A stretch of 64,000 nucleotides of DNA from a candidate division WWE3 bacterium RIFCSPHIGHO2_01_FULL_40_23 (GTDB taxonomy: Bacteria; Patescibacteriota; WWE3; UBA101185; 2-01-FULL-41-18). Positions 58,212 to 64,000 of this stretch are shown here, piece after piece. Below the pieces are notes generated by a model. That model made no database searches, was not told the DNA's origin, and saw only the letters and a program-made list of their open reading frames with translations. Made by a program: the position numbers and the translations under genes. The stretch covers positions 109,698 through 173,697 of the forward strand of contig MEUZ01000003.1 of the NCBI GenBank assembly GCA_001772615.1. The letters run 5' to 3'. Position 1 is the first letter of the stretch. Each line of letters opens with the position of its first letter.

Positions 58212-59969
58212 TTACTCTTTAGTTCCCTTCTTATATACTGCCCTCCACGGCTGGTACCTGCTCACAAAAGTATCTTTATATAAAACCTCCTCGCCTTTTT
58301 TAACAGTCCTTTCAAAGGAAACATTAGCTCCCCAGGCCGCCCAATCAACCTGGACCACCTTTCCCTTTTGAAGCGTTGGATCATCCTCATAAACCGCTTC
58401 CGGAGGCGCAACAACATTGGTTACAACAGGTTTGGTTAACTCAACAGTTCTCCCATCAGGAGTCCCATAAATCTTAAACCTTAACATAACCTTATCAAGA
58501 TCCCAATCAGCCTGAACAAGAAGGTATCCCGGAGTATCATTTCTAAACTGAAAATCTACCGAAGGTGAAAAAACCGTAGCATCAAGACCTACATCCGAAT
58601 TCTCCTCATAATAATGCACTCTGTAAGCGTGAGCAGTTCTTTTAACAATCGGAAGCCCGGCGTTTAGCACGGCCCTAAAAAGTGTGGTTGAAACCTGGCA
58701 GACACCCCCGCCCTCGCCAAGAACCGTCCTTCCGTTTTCTATAATATAGGCCTGATCATACCCTGTTTTATAACTTATCTCCCCAACGGACTTGTTAAAA
58801 GAATACGTATCTCCAGGAGCAACAAGAACACCACTTGACCTCCCCGCAGCAAGGGTTAAATTCTTAATCCTTCCGGGAATTGAGCCACTAAAGTAAGAAA
58901 CACCCTCACCTAATAAAGCGTAAATGCCATATTTATTCGTATCTGAAGGTGCTTTACTTGGATTAACCAAAAGAACCACTTCCTTGACATCCGATTTCAA
59001 AGCTTTAGAAAAATCTTTCTTAAACTGCTCCTTATCCATGGATCTGCCATCGCTTTTTGGCCTGAATTCAACCACCCTTTCGCCATCGGTTCTAAACACC
59101 TCACCCCTTGGTTCAACGTCAACTTCCTCTGAAAGATCACCGGAAAGCTTGTTTAATGCGGTTTTATCGGTTCCCACAACCACCTTTCCGTCTTCTTTTT
59201 TATATGAAAGCATGCTTAAAATATCCTGTTTGGAAAATGTCCAAACTTTATCTTCAAACTTAACCCGCGGAGAACTGCCTATGATCCTTTCAACTTCGCT
59301 CTTCACCAAAAGGAGATCCGCCTCCCCATTTTTTGGAACGACTCTTTTAACTGGTAGCTTATAACTTTGGGATGAAAAATTATCAATAGAATTAAGAATC
59401 TTAGAATTTAAAACTTCTTTTTCAAGTTTTTTTCCCTCGGATGCTTTGGTGATAATAAGCTCCCCATTATTTGCGAGCACAAAGGTAGGCTCTTCAGACT
59501 GAATATTTACCGTCCCCTCTATTGAAGAAATAAACTGACCCAGCTTATTGTCATTGTAATAATAAATCGGCGGAAGCCTAATGCCTTTAACAAAAGCCGC
59601 CAGCTTGTCTTTTGAATCCACAATAAAACTTCCTGTTCTTCCAAGATTAAAAAGCTTTTCAACCGTTTCTTTCACTTCGTAATTTAAATCTATGTCTGAA
59701 GAAGTTAGATCAAACTCTTTTCCTTCATATGTAAAATTCAAGAGGAGATCTTTCTCGGAAAGTTCTTTTCTTAAAGCTTCATAAGCTTGCGAGGAAGTTT
59801 TGCCCCCCATCTTTAAATTTCCTATTTTAACACCGGGAATTATTCTTTGAGCATAAAAAAAATGATAAAGGATGAAGAAAAAAGTAACAGTAAAAAAAAC
59901 AACCGCAAACGGTTTAGCTAGTTTTTTTCTGAAAAAATTATGAGTTTGATGCCAAAGTCTTTTCATCAC
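58212..59969 (-). CDS. VanW-family domain protein of 585 aa, membrane-anchored.
   Basis: The sequence GGGVCQVSTTLFRAVLNAGLPIVKRTAHAY is a VanW-domain signature. An N-terminal TM segment is present. Confidence 0.65.
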   Translation of the reverse strand: MMKRLWHQTHNFFRKKLAKPFAVVFFTVTFFFILYHFFYAQRIIPGVKIGNLKMGGKTSSQAYEALRKELSEKDLLLNFTYEGKEFDLTSSDIDLNYEVKETVEKLFNLGRTGSFIVDSKDKLAAFVKGIRLPPIYYYNDNKLGQFISSIEGTVNIQSEEPTFVLANNGELIITKASEGKKLEKEVLNSKILNSIDNFSSQSYKLPVKRVVPKNGEADLLLVKSEVERIIGSSPRVKFEDKVWTFSKQDILSMLSYKKEDGKVVVGTDKTALNKLSGDLSEEVDVEPRGEVFRTDGERVVEFRPKSDGRSMDKEQFKKDFSKALKSDVKEVVLLVNPSKAPSDTNKYGIYALLGEGVSYFSGSIPGRIKNLTLAAGRSSGVLVAPGDTYSFNKSVGEISYKTGYDQAYIIENGRTVLGEGGGVCQVSTTLFRAVLNAGLPIVKRTAHAYRVHYYEENSDVGLDATVFSPSVDFQFRNDTPGYLLVQADWDLDKVMLRFKIYGTPDGRTVELTKPVVTNVVAPPEAVYEDDPTLQKGKVVQVDWAAWGANVSFERTVKKGEEVLYKDTFVSRYQPWRAVYKKGTKE

Positions 59970-60475
59970 TGGTTTTTAATCAAAAAAGATGATGCCGCTT
60001 TATCCATATCCAAAAAATCATCGGCTTGCTCCACTAATTTTCCTGATGTGTTCCTTCCAAACCCGATAACTTCAGTCCTTACTCCCCTGCTTTTTGCATA
60101 GTCCAAAAGGTCGGCATAATCACCGTCTCCAGAGACTAAAACCATAACATCAACTTTATCCATAAGCCTTATTGCATCCATACAAAGCCCCACGTCCCAG
60201 TCTCCCTTTTTAGCCCCACCGTAAAAAACCTGAAGCTCCTTAGCCCTGACCTCAAAACCCTGTAAAGACAATGCTTCAAAGAAATCTTTTTCAGCTCCAA
60301 CATCCGCCTTTATTACATAAGCAAATGCCCTTATTAACATTCTTCTTGAAACCGCTGTCTTTAATACACGGCTGAAATCAACCTTGGATTGATGCAAATT
60401 TTTGGCGCTGTAGTACATGTTTGAGACGTCCACAAAAACGCCAACCCTTTGCTCTTTATGTCTATGAGATTGCAT
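59966..60475 (-). CDS. NYN-domain (LabA-like, PIN-related) protein.
   Basis: The sequence reads VGVFVDVSNMYYSA...VLVSGDGDYADLL. It overlaps the VanW gene by 4 nt. Confidence 0.65.
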   Translation of the reverse strand: MQSHRHKEQRVGVFVDVSNMYYSAKNLHQSKVDFSRVLKTAVSRRMLIRAFAYVIKADVGAEKDFFEALSLQGFEVRAKELQVFYGGAKKGDWDVGLCMDAIRLMDKVDVMVLVSGDGDYADLLDYAKSRGVRTEVIGFGRNTSGKLVEQADDFLDMDKAASSFLIKNQ

Positions 60476-60479
60476 AAAG

Positions 60480-62369
60480 TTATAGTAACACAGAAATTAA
60501 GGCTGTAAAAAGCGGCACATGGTAAAATGACAACCAAAGCATTGTTGTCATCCCGGATCTCAAACATTGGGGGGTCGTATAACGGTAGTACAGCGCCCTC
60601 TGGAGGCGTTTATCGGGGTTCGAATCCCTGCCCCCCAGCCATGAAAAACTGGCAGCTTGTAGGACATTGGTATTTGTTACAGCATCAATACTTTTTTCAG
60701 GTTCGAACTTTGTAACGACATTTTGAATTGTATCCTTTCCCTTCTCTATCAAATACCATGCTTTTTCCCCGTCAATATGTAATTTTCTGTCCTTAATAAA
60801 TAGGTTCGAACCAAGTGCGTTTAGTATTGCAACTTTAGTTTTCGCATCTCCATTAGCAAACCAGTAACGGGCATAACATGCGAAATCAAATGCACGAGTT
60901 GACGTTTCCAACCAAGTATTTTGTCGTGTGCTTAGCTTTTGTTTTTCCACCAAAAGCGCTTCCTTTTCGCTCAATAACGATACTTTTTGTTTGTTCAATT
61001 CGTCTGGCGTTAATAATACGTGTGTAGTATTTTGAGGTGAAATATACAGTTTTGTAAGGTTATCAATCCTGCTTTCCACATCCTTAAGTGCAGAATTGAT
61101 ATTACTGCTTATTATCAGTCTATCGGTAAATTCAACATCTGTTAATTCGTTTAGGTATTTTATTGCCCAATCACGCAAGCGGGTAGATATTTCTATTTTC
61201 TTTAGTGCAAAATCTACAGTATTTTCCAGCTCCTTCAACGTTAAACTACCCTCGGTGCAGGAAGGAGTGGTTTTACCAGCACAGACGTAGTAAATATAAT
61301 GCAATATCTTCTTATGTTTCATATTTTCGATTAAAGTGCCGCAAGCAGAGCAGGCTTTCCTGGTTTTAGTTAATGCGAATTTATTCTTACAATCGCATAT
61401 AATTTGCAATTTTTCCTCAAATGTAATGCTGCCTCCGCAACCACCGCATCTTAATGCCTTTTTGAAAATACCCTCTTTTTTAGACGTAGGCGATTTTACA
61501 GTCTTACCTAGAATAATTTGTATTTTTTCAAATTCTTCTTTGCTAATCATTTTTTTATGATTACCCCAACCTTCAACTAATTTTCCGTCTACGACACGTA
61601 CCATCCAACCATAATAAAACGGGTCTGATACTATGCGATAGAAAGAACTTTTAGATAGAGGTCTGCCGCCTTGTCTTGCTGTTCTTCTCGTACGATAGCC
61701 CCATACATTATTTAGAAGCTCCAAAACCTCCATCCTGGTATAGTTTCCAGTTAAAAGTAGTTGTAACGCCTTGCTTAATAATCCCCATTGTTTTTCATCA
61801 ATATCGATGTACTTTTCTTTTGTGATCGGATTTTCCTTGTTTATGTATCCTGGCTTGGCGAATCCTGCCCATTCCTTTTGCTCGAAAAACTTTTCTTTAT
61901 TACCTCGCCGTACAGCATCCGATTTATCATCCGAGTCCCGAGTTGCACGTGTAAACTCCTGCATCAGGTATTCTTTATCTCTGCCTGTGTTTTCATAAAT
62001 TGCATGAGGTGTTATTACATAGCTTAGAAGCCCATCAGACATAAGTTGAACAAATTCGCCGCCTTCTTTATAATTCCTGTTGAGCCGATTAGCATGCCAA
62101 CATAAAACAACTTGGACTTTACCCGTTTTGATTTCTTCGATCAATTTTCTGTAGTCTTTTCTTCCCGTTTCAAATGCCGAGGCTTTTTCTTCATAATCGG
62201 ATGTAATCTTAAGATCATATCTATCTATAATTTGCTCGTGAATGTCTGCATTTTGCCCAGGTAATGATCTTATTTGCTTGTCTTCCGCATCCTTTGTGGA
62301 TTTACGTTTATAACAGCTTATGCCTAAGGTTTTTATTTCTTCAATTAGTTCAGGGCTAAAATAAGCCAT
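60480..62369 (-). CDS. Large serine recombinase (phage-type integrase). The last ~55 codons of the ORF run antisense through tRNA-Gln, so the real C-terminus is uncertain.
   Basis: The N-terminal resolvase domain reads ISCYKRKSTKD...GKVQVVLCWHANRLNRN. A recombinase domain and a zinc ribbon (CGGCGGS...CDC...CSACG) follow. Confidence 0.8.
   Translation of the reverse strand: MAYFSPELIEEIKTLGISCYKRKSTKDAEDKQIRSLPGQNADIHEQIIDRYDLKITSDYEEKASAFETGRKDYRKLIEEIKTGKVQVVLCWHANRLNRNYKEGGEFVQLMSDGLLSYVITPHAIYENTGRDKEYLMQEFTRATRDSDDKSDAVRRGNKEKFFEQKEWAGFAKPGYINKENPITKEKYIDIDEKQWGLLSKALQLLLTGNYTRMEVLELLNNVWGYRTRRTARQGGRPLSKSSFYRIVSDPFYYGWMVRVVDGKLVEGWGNHKKMISKEEFEKIQIILGKTVKSPTSKKEGIFKKALRCGGCGGSITFEEKLQIICDCKNKFALTKTRKACSACGTLIENMKHKKILHYIYYVCAGKTTPSCTEGSLTLKELENTVDFALKKIEISTRLRDWAIKYLNELTDVEFTDRLIISSNINSALKDVESRIDNLTKLYISPQNTTHVLLTPDELNKQKVSLLSEKEALLVEKQKLSTRQNTWLETSTRAFDFACYARYWFANGDAKTKVAILNALGSNLFIKDRKLHIDGEKAWYLIEKGKDTIQNVVTKFEPEKSIDAVTNTNVLQAASFSWLGGRDSNPDKRLQRALYYRYTTPQCLRSGMTTMLWLSFYHVPLFTALISVLL
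60567..60640 (+). tRNA. tRNA-Gln (anticodon CUG).
   Basis: The sequence is TGGGGGGTCGTATAACGGTAGTACAGCGCCCTCTGGAGGCGTTTATCGGGGTTCGAATCCCTGCCCCCCAGCCA. It shows the U1:A72 pair and G73 typical of bacterial tRNA-Gln, and the CCA end is encoded. Confidence 0.85.
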
Positions 62370-62413
62370 AATTCCTTATATAAAAACGTATGGGCAGTTG
62401 AAATAAATATGTA

Positions 62414-62632
62414 TTAAACGTTACTTACATTATTATCGCAGAATTTGCCTTTTATGTTCAAATTTTCTGTTGCAATCGGTTTATAAATCAGGCTGAACAG
62501 TTGTAAAAATTCCATAGCCTTTTTTTCCACATCGGAATCGTCAAAATTTATACCGTAATCTTGTTTACATATTTCCTTAAATGCACTTAAAGCCTCGGGA
62601 CTTAATGATCTTCTTAAAGACTCTTTTTTCAT
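62414..62632 (-). CDS. Small hypothetical protein of 72 aa, co-transcribed with the RHH gene.
   Basis: Its start overlaps the RHH stop by 1 nt (TGATG). Confidence 0.4.
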   Translation of the reverse strand: MKKESLRRSLSPEALSAFKEICKQDYGINFDDSDVEKKAMEFLQLFSLIYKPIATENLNIKGKFCDNNVSNV

Positions 62633-62787
62633 CAGTCCACCCCAACATCTGGTAGGAATTCTTTAATTGCATATTCAACAAGTTCCTTGATTGACTTTTC
62701 TTCTGCTGCGGCAAGTCTCTTTAAGTCTTTATGCAGTTTAGAATCAATTCTTATTAACTTGGTATCCTTTTTTAACTTATTACGCAT
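62632..62787 (-). CDS. Ribbon-helix-helix (CopG/Arc-like) DNA-binding protein of 51 aa. It is not in the ORF track.
   Basis: The sequence is MRNKLKKDTKLIRIDSKLHKDLKRLAAAEEKSIKELVEYAIKEFLPDVGVD. A beta strand followed by two helices gives the RHH pattern. Confidence 0.5.
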   Translation of the reverse strand: MRNKLKKDTKLIRIDSKLHKDLKRLAAAEEKSIKELVEYAIKEFLPDVGVD

Positions 62788-63046
62788 AGTAAACTTATTT
62801 ACCTTAAAAAACCTCCAACCCCCTCTAGTTACCTGGTCTATCCTCTATGAACAGAGCTACCCCCTCCTGGAATGCTGTCCAGGTCATCAGGTTAATTCAT
62901 GTCGGATGAGCCAGCTACGATTAAGAGTCCTCTTAGTGGCACACATTGGTGGGACTAGGTATCGTAGAACCTCTACGTTTTTAGATTAGATTTATTTTTG
63001 ACGGGATACTATGGTAATAATTATCTTAAATTTATCCTCAATTATT

Positions 63047-63784
63047 CTATGAGGTTATAGGTAGCGGGTTAAATTTGTAGCCTCTGCCTCGTACGTTAAT
63101 AAACATCTCGGTTAGCATTTCTTTGGGTACACCCACCCCCTGTAGAATTTTTAACATCCTTAATTTGATTTTATGAATTACCAGGGTCTTGTCCGTATCT
63201 GTATAAGCATTAAGGTCAAGAAGTCTATCAATCTCCTCAAAAGTTAATAATTCCCCAGGTTTACTAAAATGATGGATGAGAAGTCTGTCGGGATTATTAT
63301 TTATACTTAAATCTGCCCATTTATTTTTATAACTAATTTTGGCGTTAAAGGCATCTAAAACTAAAGCCCCGTACTTATATAAGCCTTCGGATTCGTGGTT
63401 GACAACACAAGCCTTAAGTTTAGCTAAGTTTATATTTTTAACCCAAATATGCTCCGTACCTAACTGTACGAACGTAAAACAAGTATCGTTATTTGCCGCA
63501 CTCGTACAAATATCATCAACGACAGCTTTAGTTGCACCTGTTTTTTTGTTAAGGAATCTTTTATAAGGAATTTTTAGTGAGTCTACCTTTTTTAATGCGG
63601 TGGCTTGCTCAAAAACAGAAAACAAAATTTCTTTTCTAAGCTCTAAAAGATCTGCCTTATTATAAACAAAATTGCCCGTATTTTCTTCCATAAAATTGCG
63701 GGCAGTAAATAAGTTACTTTTTCTTAAATTTTTTTGTACAAGAGAGGTAATCCGTTGTGGGTGTCTGGGACTCCCGACACCCAA
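63047..63784 (-). CDS. Putative transcriptional regulator with a C-terminal winged-helix (OmpR/PhoB-type) DNA-binding domain. The true start may be the internal Met near 63691.
   Basis: The C-terminus ...MLTEMFINVRGRGYKFNPLP resembles the trans_reg_C wing. The N-terminal region is unassigned. Confidence 0.4.
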   Translation of the reverse strand: MGVGSPRHPQRITSLVQKNLRKSNLFTARNFMEENTGNFVYNKADLLELRKEILFSVFEQATALKKVDSLKIPYKRFLNKKTGATKAVVDDICTSAANNDTCFTFVQLGTEHIWVKNINLAKLKACVVNHESEGLYKYGALVLDAFNAKISYKNKWADLSINNNPDRLLIHHFSKPGELLTFEEIDRLLDLNAYTDTDKTLVIHKIKLRMLKILQGVGVPKEMLTEMFINVRGRGYKFNPLPITS

Positions 63785-63987
63785 CTCTCTACCGCTATTT
63801 TACTCTTTTTACGATTAAACTTAACATACACTTTTGAATTACGGGTGTTGTTATTAAGTCTATCCTTGTCAAAGTAACCTTTCAGGGTAAATATGAGCTG
63901 TAACGCACGAAGACGTACAGACCAATCGGCTTCTGTTTTACCTGCCCCCCTAACAGTTCTGGTCGCCTCCAAGGCGTTTTTTAGCAT
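63724..63987 (-). CDS. Hypothetical ORF of 87 aa that overlaps the upstream end of the regulator gene.
   Basis: There is ORF-track support only. No motif was found, and the 5' end lies near the window edge. Confidence 0.2.
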   Translation of the reverse strand: MLKNALEATRTVRGAGKTEADWSVRLRALQLIFTLKGYFDKDRLNNNTRNSKVYVKFNRKKSKIAVESWVSGVPDTHNGLPLLYKKI

Positions 63988-64000
63988 TGTTACGAGTTCC

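Noticed and set aside
62687-62989. A 100-aa plus-strand ORF.
   Set aside because: It is antisense to the well-formed RHH gene and to structured intergenic sequence, and there is no RBS.
1-64000. CRISPR array.
   Set aside because: No regularly spaced short direct repeats were found anywhere. The only notable direct repeats are the two att-like copies about 1 kb apart.

Overview
This looks like a low-GC bacterial chromosome segment with small-genome, Patescibacteria-like traits; the phylum is an inference only. Coding density is high and most genes sit on the minus strand.

(1) Positions 1..27700 hold a long minus-strand cell-envelope glycan locus. It starts with heptose-activation genes (an HddC-like nucleotidyltransferase and GmhA). 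It also carries about ten GT2/GT4 glycosyltransferases and a tandem array of PMT/ArnT-like GT-C membrane glycosyltransferases plus a DUF2079-like membrane protein. The rest of the locus comprises two Wzx-like flippases, GalE-like epimerases (one with an internal deletion), a B12-binding radical-SAM enzyme, a ferredoxin and an unknown protein.

(2) Positions 27.7..53 kb carry housekeeping genes: secA, lepB, uppP, serS with an upstream T-box leader, lysS, and two tandem greA paralogs. The same stretch holds a sensor kinase with a solute-binding protein, several methyltransferases, and a copper-resistance block (CopA, an HMA-permease-cupredoxin fusion, and a small cupredoxin).

(3) Positions 53.6..57.6 kb form an AT-rich accessory stretch next to tRNA-Glu(CUC). 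It is punctuated by degenerate direct repeats that copy the tRNA-Glu 3' end, so it looks like decayed, tandemly integrated elements carrying small secreted or membrane proteins.

(4) tRNA-Gln(CUG) at 60567..60640 is directly abutted by a large serine recombinase gene. That gene is followed by a ribbon-helix-helix gene, a small gene and a winged-helix regulator, so this is the left end of an integrated mobile element that runs past the window end.

No CRISPR array or rRNA was found.
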